Assembly (NCBI GenBank): GCA_951406725.2
Contig: OX597818.1
Span: 73,160,001-73,224,000, forward strand
Direction of reading: 5' to 3'
DNA: 64,000 nucleotides
Source: Octopus vulgaris
Taxonomy: Eukaryota
Part shown: positions 26,395 to 41,023 of the stretch, piece after piece
How the letters are laid out: every line of letters starts with the position of its first letter
Position numbering within the stretch: position 1 is the first letter of the stretch
Notes under the pieces: generated by a model
What the model was told of the DNA's origin: nothing
Database searches by the model: none
Seen by the model: only the letters and a program-made list of their open reading frames with translations
Made by a program: the position numbers and the translations under genes

Positions 26395-26565
26395 ATGTAT
26401 GTATGTATATATATAACATCAAAGGCAAAGTCGATATTTTATTGTAAAAAGCTTAAAAGCTTAATAAATAGCAAACTATTTTGTTCGAGATAGAGGCAGT
26501 ATAGGAAACCAAAAGTAATGGCTATCGCGACTTTAAGTTGGGTGTTATCAAAGAACCAATGATAC

Positions 26566-26865
26566 TGCTATTTTAACCTCAGGAAGACATCTTCTGCAAC
26601 TGGTTATTCTGTGCGATTTCTCATTCAATATCCATTGCAAGTGGGAGAAAACTCCTGCGACTCTAGTTCAAATGTCTGACTAATGCCATGCTTGGCAGAC
26701 GACTGCCCATCACAGATGTCATCCAATAAGAATGGAAATCACGTGATGTGGTTGTCTTTCAGCCAGGGTGGCAGGAGTCCTCTCTTGCCTGGAGCGGCTA
26801 TCTATTGAGAAAGCACATTGAATAACTAAATGGAGGAGACATCTTCCCTAGGGTTAAAAGAGCTG
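26566..26865. mobile_element. Possible MITE with imperfect ~33-bp inverted repeats
   Basis: ctgctattttaacctcaggaagacatcttc vs reverse complement cagctcttttaaccctagggaagatgtctcc. Confidence 0.4.
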
Positions 26866-27115
26866 GATCGTCGCTACTTATAGAACACGCACGTTAAAGT
26901 GGGGATAAACACTACATTTGGTTCGTACACTGCTTAATAAATATTCCTTCTAAAACGTTTTCAGCAATACTTCCGTTTCGGGCTAATTTCTCTATGTACA
27001 TATCCTGACTTTAAAACATTGGTCTCTATATAACTATATATATATATAAAACTTAGATTAAACTTAGATATGTTTCGATCAAAGATTGGTCCAGGCCATG
27101 TCTAACTTTATAGCA

Positions 27116-27172
<57 letters not shown>

Positions 27173-27175
27173 TTA

Positions 27176-27560
27176 GGCGTAGGAGTGGCTGTGCGGTAAG
27201 TAGCTTGCTTACGAACCACATGGTTCTGGGTTAGGACCCACTGCGTGGGACCTTGGGCAGGTGTCTTCTACTATAGCCTCCGACCAACCAAATCCTAGTG
27301 AGTGGAAACTAAATGAAGCCCGTCGTATATATGTATATATGTATGTATGTGTGTGTATATGTCTGTGTGTCTGTCCCCCCCCCCAACATCGCTTGACAAC
27401 CGATGCTGGTGTGTTTACGTCCCCGTAACCTACCGGTTCGGCAAAAGAGACTGATAGAATAAGTACTAGGCTTACAAAGAATAAGTCCTGGAGTCGATTT
27501 GCTCGACTAAAGGCGGTGCTCCAGCATGACCGCAGTCACATGACTGAAACAAGTAAAAGA

Positions 27561-27562
<2 letters not shown>
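27176..27562 (+). mobile_element. Full-length tRNA-derived SINE family 1 with internal TA/TG microsatellite
   Basis: A-box-like tggctgtgcggtaag, B-box-like ggttctgggttagg, tail gactgaaacaagtaaaagagt; several copies in the window. Confidence 0.85.
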
Positions 27563-27626
<64 letters not shown>

Positions 27627-28349
27627 ATCCATGTATGTATATGTATACAGGTATAAGTACATACATATCCATACACACACAAATATATACATATAGATAG
27701 ATAGGTGTATGTATCGTCATATATGCCTATATTTAATTTAATGTCCTGTTGACAATGTATGCAGGTACGCCCCACTAAAAAGAAGTCAGAGTCATTTTAG
27801 TTATAACGTTAAAGTTTCGTGTATTTCTAAAAATGACGTCATTTCTTCGTCAATCACAAAATAATGTCCCAAGCATATTGGAATGCATACACTACAAATA
27901 TTTATCTGGTAGGTAAGTTTAAAGGAAGCAAAACAAAAATAAGGCTGGTAATCTTTTGTGAAGATTAGTTCGATATCGAGACATTGTAACAATCAGACTC
28001 AGGGAACGATCCAGGTAATTTTCTGTATTCAGGAAAAGCGTGCTAAGCGAGAGACTACAGGAAATTACGAGTCATTGCTGTTTTTTTCTTTCAAAATTAA
28101 ATGAAAAACAACTTGAATCGTCCATAACATACACAAACATAACAAATTGTTCGGTAATGAATTCGTCCTTAAAGTGAGTCATACAGATTCACACACATAC
28201 AAACGGTTATACGCGGATATATACCTATATACGGTTATACCCGGATATACACCTATGTATACTCAATAATTGTATATATATATACTGATATATAAACAGG
28301 CATTTATGCGTACGTATGCATGTAGGTATGTATATTTCTTTGTGTGTGT

Positions 28350-28387
<38 letters not shown>

Positions 28388-28671
28388 CAACTTTCTCACC
28401 TATATATATATTTATATATACATACTTATATATATACACACAGACAAACACACAATAGGCGGGAGCTAGATAAGCTCAGTATATGTATCATGTACTCAGA
28501 TAAATTTAAATTTAATCTCCAAATTCGTCATCCACGACTTAGTCAGCGGCGTCAAGAATGGCTATAAGAAACATACAATATGATGTGATAAGAAGGTAAT
28601 GATACAGATAAAAACAATTATGTTTGTATTTATGTATGAATGTATGTACGTATGTATATATGTATATATAT

Positions 28672-28732
<61 letters not shown>

Positions 28733-29149
28733 CGCAGATATCTATATATATTAAGGAAGATATTCATGCGTATATATACAAATCTACGCAGAGCATAAAA
28801 ATACAGATTACTTAGGAGAGAGTACATAATGTTGCAATTCGAGAATTGTTCAATGAAATTGAAATTGCGCAATATTCGTAATATTCTTAATTAGTCGATG
28901 CAATGGGCAAAATATCATGTGTATACAAGCAGTAAACTTTAGGTCTCTTCGATTTGTCATGGGCGTCTCCGACTCTGCTCAAGCTCTCGAACTGGTTGAC
29001 TTCTTTCTCAGATAAACCAATATATCTTTAGCCTCCCCGGAGCTCTATGCAGAGTTGTTGCTCTAGGCATAGTCGCAGGTATGTCTCGACTGTACATTGA
29101 ACCTACCCGGAAGGTCCTCCATACATTCTTTCTCATTCGAAAATAGCTC

Positions 29150-29730
29150 TAAATTAGCTAACTTCTTAGATGCGAAACTATATCAGGTTTACCATAGACC
29201 GAATGAGTCGTTAATGTATATCAATAACCTGTTTAATCAGCCTCGATTTACCCTTAATAGCACTGTCACAAGTATTTCTATCAGGGTTTCTAACATATCA
29301 TCTAATGAGTATATATTACTAATCATGCCACGTATTATAACTCATATATCCTCTGCTTCTCTTTAAAAGTGGGAAATGTAAGGCCACCTGCTTGCCTTTG
29401 CCCATCTACCTCACTTCACCCTTTAACTGAATTCTTATACTGCTGGTACTCCTGCCGCCTCGGATGTTGAATAATATACAACTATCCCAGGATAGCCTGC
29501 TGCACCGCGTTCAAGCCTTCTAAGGGTGGAAAGCAGTAGATCTTACGGTTTACGCCGCCATTCCTTCTCCAGGTCAAATATTAACTCGAGTTATTTTTAA
29601 AAACTCAAAGCTTTAATTCCCCACCGCACCATAAATTCTACCACATCTTTTGTAAATCTACAATTAATATCTCGTACTCTACTACAACAGTCTTGGAACT
29701 ATTCTTGTCTCTTCCACAAGTTCCAAAGTT
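29150..29730 (+). mobile_element. Decayed PLE RT-thumb/linker fragment
   Basis: ANFLDA...YHRPNESLMYIN...SIRVSNISSNE; later FTPPF and HKFYHIFCKSTINISYSTT. Confidence 0.65.
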
Positions 29731-30459
29731 AGCCGTTTTACTGTAGGCCCTATGATTTTCAACCTGGACCGTATTCTATCCCACAAGATATTAATACTCT
29801 GAACTCTGGGGACCCAATTGATTTCAATAATAAAAACCCCGTACCATCGCCCCCAGCACTAGTAACATTAACATATCCAATCCCAGTTCGAGGATAAAGG
29901 ATCAAATAAATCAGATTAAATTAAACCCCCTGATAGTGGAAACATATGTCATTGTCGGGTCTCCCAATTATGTCCGTTGGATTATATTTGATTTGCTATG
30001 ATGTTTGATGTAAAATGTCGGGTAAAAAATCAATGTTCCCATCAGGCTAGTATCTACATTTGCGACACAGTTGAATTTAGGCTCCGAAACCGGGCTCAAA
30101 GGAATTCGTTTTCAAACGGACTCTTTAAAGTATTTACATTCCTAGCTAGATCCATACACCACCAACAGTTCGAGAATATTTCCCGTACCTTATCCTGGTA
30201 AGATTCCTTTGACCACCTTTGGTGATCCCTATCATTACACTGACCTTATCTTTATGTTTCCTCCTGTGTTTCATCTATTCTACTTTTTATACCCATGATA
30301 TCATAGAAATACTCCTACCACTTCTTGCTTTTAACGTCCTCTACTTCTGGATGTTTATCTTGAATTGCTGACTTTAACTCGTCCAGTTATGTGCTGTATA
30401 TGAGCTAAAGGACAAAATATACACACTCCAACCAGCCGAAATCAGGTGTTTTACTATTG

Positions 30460-30570
30460 TGATTATCACAGATGCGGACTATGCTGATGACCTGGCGGTA
30501 CTAGCAGATGAAGTTTGTGACTCTTTTGCACTGCCATAGAAGTGCTGTCAAGTGCTATTCTTTACATCAA
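30460..30570 (+). mobile_element. Short RTE-type LINE RT fragment (motif C)
   Basis: ITDADYADDLAVLAD. Confidence 0.6.
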
Positions 30571-32166
30571 TTCTGACATGACAATGTATGAAATATTAAC
30601 GAATTTACGTGCCTCGGAAGTAAAATCCGAAAATATAGACACTAAAATATTTTGCGCATCCTTGGGCAATGACATAACCACTTTGACTTTCTCTAGTACC
30701 GTATTTAATATTTGTGTACTATAATGATATTGAGATTCAAGTAAGGAACATTATGATCGATGTGTCCAAATATTATGGATATTTGCAGTTTTTCGCATCG
30801 ATTGCCAACAAAAGGATGATCTTACACTGGAGAAGTTGGTATATATCATGATAGTGGATTCAATGGTTCTTTTTTTATATATATAAGATGGCTTATAGAA
30901 AACTAATACCATATCGATACTGAAATGTATGTCAACTCCTTTGTGCATGCTTTGCACAATGTTGTTCCATCAATATAAATGTCAGAATGTTTATTTAGAA
31001 AGAATCTCGTCGAGCAAATATCTATCAGTGTTTTCATGGCGCTTATAAACCTAATATCTGCATTTAGTATGGCAATTCATTACTCATGTAGTAATAATCA
31101 TATATACATACGACAGGTAGACGTGAGCAATATTTGTCACCAGTCGCTGGGTAATATGTTTTCATCTTATGTGCTACTGAATTCAGATGTGTACGCGTAA
31201 AGTTAATAGTAGCCTTGTACGCAATAGATACTTGTAATATCACTGTGATATCAGTTGCACTTTATGGATAGGGGATTACCAAAGCAAGATTTATCAATTT
31301 ATAAACTTAAGAAAGTATCCGCTGATAGCAGAATTTCATAAGTGCTTTCAGGAGATTATGCAGAAGATGATGCAGATTTGCATCGTTGGATCATAAATAT
31401 TTTTTGAAAATCATGTAGACATGATAGTAAGCCAAACTAATTCACAGAATCATTGAAAAGGGAGCAGAACATATTCTGATTAAACAAATAGAATAGTGGT
31501 ACATATAAAATTGTAAAGAATTACTGTAATAGTATATGCTCCTCACTCTTTTGCTATACATACATTATTTAGAATATTCCTTCATGTAAATATCTATATT
31601 TTATTCAAGTTTCCGCTTTCTACATATCGAGAATATATTTTTACTCATTTAGAGAAAACTAAATTAGGTTACGAAAGCTATTAAATGTACAGGTTTTGCT
31701 TTTATATTGTACAAAATCCATTTCATGACGTAAACCATTTTTTTTAGAAAAAGAATAGGAAAAGCACTTTATTTTGTCGTGTAACAGCCGATTTAGGTAT
31801 CAAATTCTTTGCGAGGGACCCAATATTATGTTTACCATTTTTTTTCTCATGCACAACAATGTAGAATAATTTTTATTATTCCATTCACTTTATTCGATTA
31901 AAACCACAAATTCACACATATCCAAATATATTTGTATTGTACGAGAATATAATGAAATTCTTGGTAAGAGAACACATTCAAATTAACTTGCAAAACATCT
32001 ACATTTACAGATTTCATGGTGGTTAGTGTCCAATTCATTCTAAAATAAAACCTTCTTACTTTATTGATTTTGCTTTAATTGCACGTTATATGCATTTTTT
32101 TAGTGTACAATAAAGTACGATTAACACATACAAACTCACACGCACGCGTGCACACACGGACAAAAT

Positions 32167-32199
<33 letters not shown>

Positions 32200-32737
32200 A
32201 ATATGCATTCATTCATACATGCATACAAGCATACATGCATTCATACATAAATGTGCCAGGTCATATACGAGAACTCTCATGCTGACATGAGTGCTGCTGA
32301 TGACATGGAAGCCAGTGTTGTATGGTTGGGTCGTCGACTACTAAACCGCCACCCCAACTAGGGTTGCTACAAACCCAGTAAGACTAAAAGCAGGACCTGT
32401 CAAAGGGACAGATGAACCCATTGTAGGTTCCATGAACATCTAGCAATATCAGGGATATATGAGCATATGAGAAATTGCACTATCATGTCCCGTTAGACTA
32501 AGGTGACTCTAACATGTCCTGTTAGATGAAGGTAACTCAACCTACCTCGAGTGACTCAACCTACCTTCAAGGACTGCGTAAATTCCAGACTCGAAATTAT
32601 CTCTTCATGTCTGCATTTTAAAAAATACATCTTGACGCAATGTAAAAATAGATCAACTGGTGTATCTTTAATCATTCACTTCTTATACATTTTTGACATA
32701 TTTTCGTTGTAACGATAAACTCCCCTGTTTCTCTCTC

Positions 32738-32774
<37 letters not shown>

Positions 32775-33229
32775 GTGAGAATGTGTGAAGCCTAATTGTG
32801 TTTCTCTGCATCACTACCTCCACATAAGCTCACATTTGATTTTTTTTATAGCCACTCTTGAATCTGTGAATCTAGTCCTCGCTGAAGAATTCGGAGTTTA
32901 AGTTCAAATCCATTTGAGCACTACTACGTATTTTAAACACTGAGCATATCTAGCCCTCACCCTTTTCTGCATATATAGTCATGTGTGTGTACATATATGT
33001 GTGTGAGTATGCATACATGTATGTGCGACACATTCAAAAAAGGATATATTACTAACAGAGGTGAAGTTGCTGATGCGTCGGCCAGACCTTTTTTCAGCTT
33101 GCAGATATCAGTTAGGAAAAGGCAAGAAAATTAAGCTCTTCTGTGGTTGGATTATTGTAACAAAGTTACTGCCCTCGAAACCAACTCTGTCGCATCATAC
33201 ATCTCTATTATGTTGCTCGACATCTCCTT

Positions 33230-34060
33230 CCTTATGAACAGCATTCATGCATCCGTTGTTCAATACTAACACCACTAAGCCTCACTATTCAAACACATAC
33301 GCTAAAGCATTCCTATGCCTACCTAGGCTCTGCAAAGGAATTCTGTTTTCGAATCCCAATACTGAGAGCTACATTTCCTCTGCAGTCATTGTTACACTCG
33401 ATTAATATTGATCTTTCATTCATCCGTTCCTGGGCTATCGACCACGCTGTCGCTATCCCTTTTACGTGCAACTATGAACCGATTCCCCTTCTTTCGGCTA
33501 ACAGCAGCCCATCGTTTCATTGAAGAAGCACCATTTATATACTACAATTAAAAACGATTCATTAAGAATTATGAAATTGTATAGGGTCTAAACGTTACAT
33601 GTGTGCGTATGTTGATGGATGGATGTGGTTGAAGATACAATTTCAAGATTGTACTCTCTGACCCCAGAATCACTAAGTTCTTCCTCGTGCCACATGATAT
33701 TGGCTTCCCGAAATGTAAGAATTTAAATGTAAGAAAATAAGCTCCTTAGAGCTCATCCAAAGATCACCACTCACTGGAAATGCGTTCAATTGCCCTTCGT
33801 CAATAACACTACTTCCATAACCAATCGTTTAAGTAAGGTTGGTTATGGCAGAACTGTTGTATGATGCCACAGTACCACACCACATTACATAAAATATCTG
33901 CTGCTCATCTCCATACCACATATATTGTTGCATCTGTAATCACGTTCTGCTATGTTGGTGAAACAGACTCACCCCTTGCTGATCACTTTCCTGAATTAAT
34001 GTCAATTAGTATTCAAAGACATAATAGAGGCCGACTCTTTGCACAGGAACTGAAGAAAAT
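33230..34060 (+). mobile_element. Highly decayed PLE remnant
   Basis: CYVGETDSPLADHFPE resembles the GIY-YIG YIGETxRxLxDRFxEH motif. Confidence 0.4.
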
Positions 34061-35545
34061 TTAAGGAACAGTGTTCCGTTTCTATTCTTAGAATGTGTTA
34101 TTGATCATTTTAAATGAACATTTTCCTTTCACAGCCTCATTGATATTCTGTCAGCAGATGTTTCTCAGTTCATGTGATATCCTATTGTTTCTACCACACA
34201 AGTGCTTGCGCACATAAACACGCTCTAACACCTCATTACGCTCTAGCACCAGGCATTTCTGACTTGTCAGAGCTTCTCAAAGCAAATAAACACTATCCCA
34301 GGAAACGATCGTTTACTCTCAGTCGTTTCGTTGTTTTTCTGCAGTTATGATGGCGTCATAATCGAAGATGGCTCGGGAGAGGGGCAATTGTCGGCGCCCA
34401 TCATCACTTCAGTTTGTATAGAGGCTACACTATACTTCACCGGACCACAGGTTTGACTCACTTTATCCTTCATAAGTTCCCCATAATCTTCCAAAACCTT
34501 ATAACGAGCTTCAATTTCATATCTATTATCACTGACTACCACTATTCGCTTTCATCTCCGTTTATTTTGCTAAACATTCTTGTTGATATATCAACATTGT
34601 CCAGCTTCTGGCCGTATTTCAGGCTTAAAGACCAATGATGTACTCATATAAGCCTTTTATCGGTCGATGATGACCAATATTCCATACATCAGACAAGTCT
34701 TTCACCATCTACTCCTGGAAAGACATATCTCTTCCCGCCAACTTTTTATTTATTTGATAAATTCGTAGGACAAACCAATAGGAAACTTTACAGAAAATTG
34801 AGGTAATAATGGAAGCTCAAAATATACTGAAAAAATGTGGAGAAAAGAATTAGACGAACGTTGAAATTCAAATAAGTAAAAACTTTACTACTAATGTTTG
34901 TCATACTATGAATTAAAACATATTCAATCACAATCCTACCCCAAAAATCGATAGAGGAAGTGTATTCATCACGCACATAAAATGGTGCGCTCTGGCAGCG
35001 ATAGACAACTTCCACTTAATAACCAGAAACTAACTAAAATATAGAAGCGAGAAATTGAAAATTGGAAGTTGGAAGTTGATTGTTGTATGAAGGAAGCAGG
35101 AAAATAAATGAAAATAAACGGGAAGCCGAGGCAAAAGAGAATAAAATTTAATAATAAAAGTTTAGACAAAGGGATAACAATGTAAATGTGAAAACTAAGA
35201 ATTTCTAAAGAAAGCACGTTGTGACAAAGATTGGTTGAGGGTGAATTTATATGAGCTCCAGTACAGTATTATATTTCGTCACTTGTTTATCGAGTAGAAA
35301 GAGTGAACCACAATGTGAACCCCTACCAGAGTTATATTGACAACAGAAATATATATATAAGGTAAGTCACAAATATATTTGGCCCAACGCCATAACATAA
35401 TATACAACATAATAATCTGAATACAAAATCATATATATATATATATATATATATATACACCAAGAAACTCAAATATAAATCCGTGACCTCGTACTTTTGC
35501 AAAAGATGGTTTATTAAATGAATATTTGTTTATGTACCTGTGTAT

Positions 35546-37241
35546 TAGGGTGGGACGAAAATGCAACTTTCAAAATTGGTAACTAAGAATAAATATTATG
35601 CTGCGTATTTAAATTACAAGAGAAGGGTATAAAGACCTTTGCAGTTAAGTACTTTTTGCAGCCTCCGCAACGCAATTGAATATCTTAAAAATCGCTATTG
35701 TTGGTCGAATTTTGGATTTCATGGATTATATGTCGTACGAAATACATATGTCTACGTAACTGAATGCAGAACAGCAAATATAATTTCCTAAAGAGGTTGA
35801 GTACCAAGTTTCAATACAATTGACTGATAACGTTAGGTTCCGCAATGACTATAAAGAGATGGGAATGTGAACTTCTCTCCATTGTCGCAGCAACAGTCGT
35901 AGTGCGTGGACGTACGTTGTACGTGTGTGAAGTTTCCTGCTTCGTATCTTGACTTTAGAACTTTGTACTAAAATTCATGATCATATTAAATTTAGCGTTG
36001 CTTACAATTAGTGATGGCTCATAAGCCAATAACGCGTCATGATACTGAACGCCCAGTATTTGGTACTCCATGTGATCTTAGCGAGTGAGTTTTGCCAACC
36101 TACAACGAGGTACTACAATGTGTTTTCTTTGAACGAGAAAAAGAAAAGAATATAGTTAAGAAAGATCCTTCAATTAAAACAAATTGTCAATATTGTAACA
36201 GAAAAGATAATTCTTCTTTGGCAAGAGGCATCTATCCCTTGTGTTACGATTGAGTAAGTGAAACGGAAAATCTTAAACTTTTATTTGAAGAACCAGGCAG
36301 TATAAAAATTTGAGAAGAATAGAACCAAGTATAGTGTGTTTAAAAACAATGTAACAAAATTTTTATTCGATATATCCTGTTGCAAGTGCAACTCCTTAAA
36401 AATTTGCAGTCGTAGTAGAGGGAAAACTGTATCATAGAGAGTACATGATTTTTTTTACGAGAACAACGGACAAATCGAAAAATAATCATTGGCGGAATAG
36501 ATCAAGCAACATCTAAACAGAACATTCAGAGGTTGATTAGAAAACTTTTAACTATTTTGTAGATAACAAACAATTAGCATTATGTCGTTTTACGAATTTC
36601 CAAAACAATAAATCTTTGTTCCATTCTTTATTTGAGAGTGAGTTGCTAATTTTCGTCTACGAAAAAAATTAATTGGCTTTATTACTGAAACGAAAAGGAA
36701 TGCACTAAAACGATTCCTATTATTTAGTTACGTGGAATTATTTCGAATAAATTGGAAATGTTAATTATTTTTATCGCAAAAATTAGTTAAAAATAAAAAA
36801 TTGGTTTACAAGTAATTTTATCTTAATATGGGTGTAGTCTAGTAATTCATAAATTCGGTGACTTGGTATTACAAATAATAAAGAAAACAAAGGCGAAAAG
36901 TCTACTTATTTCACATAATTTCGGAAATTTAAGTGCGTTGCGGAGGCCGCAGATGTATATTTTGGAGCTTCTGTTTTTAACAATTTATTTGGTATAGAAT
37001 TTTGCAAATGGCAATACATTCGTATTAAAGTAAAACACAAAATGAGAAACGCCAAACGTGTTATAAATTGATTTTCCGCTCATTATTTAAACTTTCGTGT
37101 GAGCTTGTGGAGTCTGAAGGTCTTAATTTAAGAACTTCAGATTTTAACACAATTGTTTTTACAGACTGTTGCAATAGGATATATATTCTTAAAAATATAT
37201 GTCGAAAACATATGCAACGCGTACCTTTTCGCTCCACCCTA
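35546..37241 (+). mobile_element. Internally deleted hAT (hATm-like) DNA transposon
   Basis: Termini TAGGGTG...CACCCTA; perfect 8-bp TSD CTGTGTAT (35538-35545 and 37242-37249); remnants LPTYNEVL, LWQEASIP, FDISCCKC, QRTNRKIIIGGID. Confidence 0.88.
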
Positions 37242-37353
37242 CTGTGTATACGTGGTTACAATGCATCACTCAATTTATAAATGAATAAAACTGTTGGGAT
37301 ATATGTGGTAATGAATGTAAGATTTATATGCCTTTATACCTAGCAACATACAT

Positions 37354-37432
<79 letters not shown>

Positions 37433-38356
37433 TACACACACACACACACGCATTCAAATCAATATGCATTTCTACTTGTCTGAGTATATGTACACAGCTG
37501 TATCAGCGTGAAGCAGTGTTTAGCCACATATATTTCTATGTGTGACAGAGAAACAGAGATAGAAAGTGTGCGTGTGTGTGTGTGGATAATTTATCTACAC
37601 CTACTTATGTCCCATAAACTATAACTTAATTATCTGTCAATTAACAATCTTATTCGAATACCACACTCCAGAAAACATCTGGAACTATTCCTCTCATACT
37701 ACATTATCCTTCTCTCACATTTTTTGGCCTTCCCTTCCTCCTCACCTTCTGTCCTCTTTCACATCGCTGTGTCCCTTTTCTTTTTTCTTTCTTTCTCGTC
37801 CCTTCCTAATTCTTCTATCCTTCCACTTGACCGGTGTTCTGCCAAGCCTGACCTTTCTTTCTTGGATCAGCTATCATCCATGCAACATCTATATTCCTTC
37901 CCATGCCTGCCATCTCCTATATCCCCGCTGTAAGACTTTATTTCCACACACGCCAACTTAATTTATTTCGTCCTTAGTCGACAGACACTTGTTGGTAATG
38001 TCCTGTTGTTTGCATTTGTATTTGTGTACCAAGTCTCCGGACTTTTTTCCGTTCTTGTTTTTGTCAATATTCGCTGCTTTTTTTTCCAAGAAATCTAGTG
38101 CTCTTACGTTAGATTTTTCTTGGGGCTGGCCAGATTGGAGCAGTCTCGAGTATAAACAGCCGAAACTGTAAAGAGGATCTGGAACTCGACTGAGGATAAA
38201 AAACTCCGACTGACCCGAGCATTTTTTTTCTTGTCCCTTTATGTATCATCTGCCTGAATGTTTTGTTGTCGACTGTTGCGTTCTTGTTCCATTTTTGTTT
38301 TTTATATATACATAAATACATACACACACATATATATATATATAACATATATATAA

Positions 38357-38412
<56 letters not shown>

Positions 38413-38471
38413 ATATGTATATACATATGTATGTATATATAAGTATATAAGAAATTAAATATATATGGCAA

Positions 38472-38535
38472 ATGGCGGTGCCCCAGCATGGCCACAGCTC
38501 ATGAGCTGAAACTAGATAAAATGAAATAAAATAAA
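38472..38535 (+). mobile_element. SINE family 1-related 3' tail
   Basis: ggcggtgccccagcatggccacag...gctgaaac. Confidence 0.55.
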
Positions 38536-39330
38536 AAATATATATATATATACACATATACACATACATATACATATGCATAGTTATATATCTGTATATC
38601 TGTATATATTTGTGTCTGTTTGTGTGTGTGCCTATGTGTGCGTTTGTTGTGTGCGTGTGTGTTTGAGTGTGTATATGAGTGCGTGTGCTTATTGCTATGT
38701 GCGCTTTAATGAAAGCCAGAGGGGAAAATATCGTTTGTCGTCATTCTCAACTGCAAGACATTTTGGCGACTAGTACACAATATACTAAAATACAATATGA
38801 GAAACTGTATGAAATATTAACGTCATATGTCTCATTTATAAAGTTGACCGACAAGTTGATTGAAATAGGAAAAGAAACATTATATCAACTAAATTGACTC
38901 AAATTTATAATAAAGCTGAAAACAATATTATTTACAATAATATTTCTTTTCCATTCACACACACACAACATACTCGTTTTATGGCGGCTATCAGAGAAAA
39001 TATCTCAATATTCTGACATACACATTTATACTATTCCACGGCCCCTTAGCTTTCTGAGTAAAGCGTAGAAACAACTTTGCGACATACGTACGATGCTCGA
39101 TGTATAGAGGACCAACATATCTCCAGTCATAAACACAGTCGATATAAGTACTACGCTTTTATTTTTCAAAGATATGTAGAAATAAATATGTAGAGAATCA
39201 ACTCCAAACCAGAATGATACGTTATTTCTTGACACCGCAAAGGATAGAAAGGAGAGATAACCTTCGTGGGTTTTGAGTTGAGAACGAAGAAAACTGGAAT
39301 AACTATTGCAAAGCATTCAATCCGATGCTC

Positions 39331-39369
<39 letters not shown>

Positions 39370-39381
39370 TATATAAATATT

Positions 39382-39427
<46 letters not shown>

Positions 39428-39432
<5 letters not shown>

Positions 39433-40060
39433 AGAATTTACAAAAACAATGACAAAGAAGTGTGTACAAACAACAAACAGACGTATTAATTTAACGCTCG
39501 AGAAGTTACAAAATCTTTTACATTTCGAGCCTGCGCTCTTCGACAGAAATAAACAGGGAGAGAAAATAGAAGAAAAAGGTTTAGTGGCTAACGATCAATC
39601 CTAGCGAATGCCGGACAGGGGGGTCACATAGGAGAGCTAGGAAGAAGGGGAGGTAATAAAGTATTGGTGGTTCAAGACGAAGGTGCGCGTTATATGTATG
39701 TGAGAGCGTGTATGTGCCTGTAGAAGGGGGATAGTGACATTGATATGTGCGTGTGTGCAGGCGTAGATGTGTGAATGATGATTTAGGTGCTGGGATGTGG
39801 TCAGTTCTAGTATTTGCGGTGTGATGTGGTGTGGTGTGTTATGGTGATGAGTGGTGTGGCGTTGTGTCGTGTTGTGGTGTGGTGTGATGGTGCGTGGAGT
39901 GGTGGTGTGGGATGTGATGTATAGGGATGGTGGGGGTGGAATGTGTAGGGTTGGTGTAACGAGGAAGGGGTGACGATGAAGGGAGAGAGTAGAAGGAAGA
40001 ATGTGGGTAGGATTGAAGAAAAGAAGTAGGTGGTTGGAGGAAGTAGGTGTGAGAGGAAGA
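39428..40060 (-). mobile_element. Non-autonomous element with minimal HHR-like motif, between (TA)n tracts
   Basis: Colinear with 51866-52365 over most of its length. Confidence 0.75.
39515..39550 (-). ncRNA. Minimal hammerhead-like motif, core CUGUCGA
   Basis: uuu-CUGUCGA-A-gagc-gcag-gcuc-GAAA-ug-UA-aaag. Confidence 0.55.
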
Positions 40061-40066
40061 TATATG

Positions 40067-40159
<93 letters not shown>

Positions 40160-41023
40160 CGTGTGACGGATGAAAAGCCGCCATTTTACATTTTTTTATT
40201 TCGTGCATGCGCATTGTTTGTTTTCGATTGTTTTCGACTACACAGTATAGTTGTGCACCGTCTGTGAACAAAACAGCGCCATCACACAAAATTCATTCTG
40301 CCAGAAATTTGGAAACCACATGTACTGATTGGCATTTGCGCTGAAAGTTCGAATACGAACATACGTGTGTTTGGCTGTCAATCTGAGAACCGAGCAATTT
40401 GAGTACATGCACCGAGAGCGACAACAATCAAACATCCAATCAATATCATGATGCTTGGAGTGATCATTAGTGATGGCGACTCTATCTCTTCATTCATCTT
40501 CCCACACGACTTAAGACACAAAATGGAGGCTTAAATAAAGTACCTGGAGGAGGTAGTGCTGCCCTGGGTCAAGAGGGTTGCTGCTGGAAGAACATATGTC
40601 TGGCAACAGGACTCTGCACCACACCACACGAACAGGAGAACCCAGTCATGGCTGTCAGAGAATTTCTGCGACGACATCACCCTTAAAATATGGCCACCGA
40701 ATTCCCCCTTGATTAGTATGTGTGGAGCGCAGTTGAGTGAGAGACAAACAAAACTCCTTGTAACACCAAAAATGAGGTCACGGCAAGGATTATGACAACA
40801 TTCACCATCTTAAACAAGGAGAACGTCCAGAAGAGTTGCAGGAGATTCCGAAGTCGTCTGGAGGTCGTAGTTTAAACCAATGGCAATTTTAGTCCATAGA
40901 TATTCTCTTTAGTATTTCAAGTTATGTTTAGGCAATTTTGGTAAATATATTTGTTAAAATAAGATATCAGTGTTATTTTCATATTTGCGTAATTTATACG
41001 ACACTATATTTAATGCACCCTGT
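40160..41023 (+). mobile_element. Tc1/mariner-superfamily transposase remnant
   Basis: YVWQQDSAPHHTNRRTQSWL...WPPNSP; right end caccctg-TA; left TIR not recognisable. Confidence 0.8.

Noticed and set aside
27795-27860. Possible HHR on the minus strand (UUGACGA...GAAA)
   Set aside because: Core altered, 10 unpaired bases before GAAA, weak stem I
30484-30490. CTGATGA as a hammerhead core
   Set aside because: It encodes YADD of an RT fragment; no HHR fold
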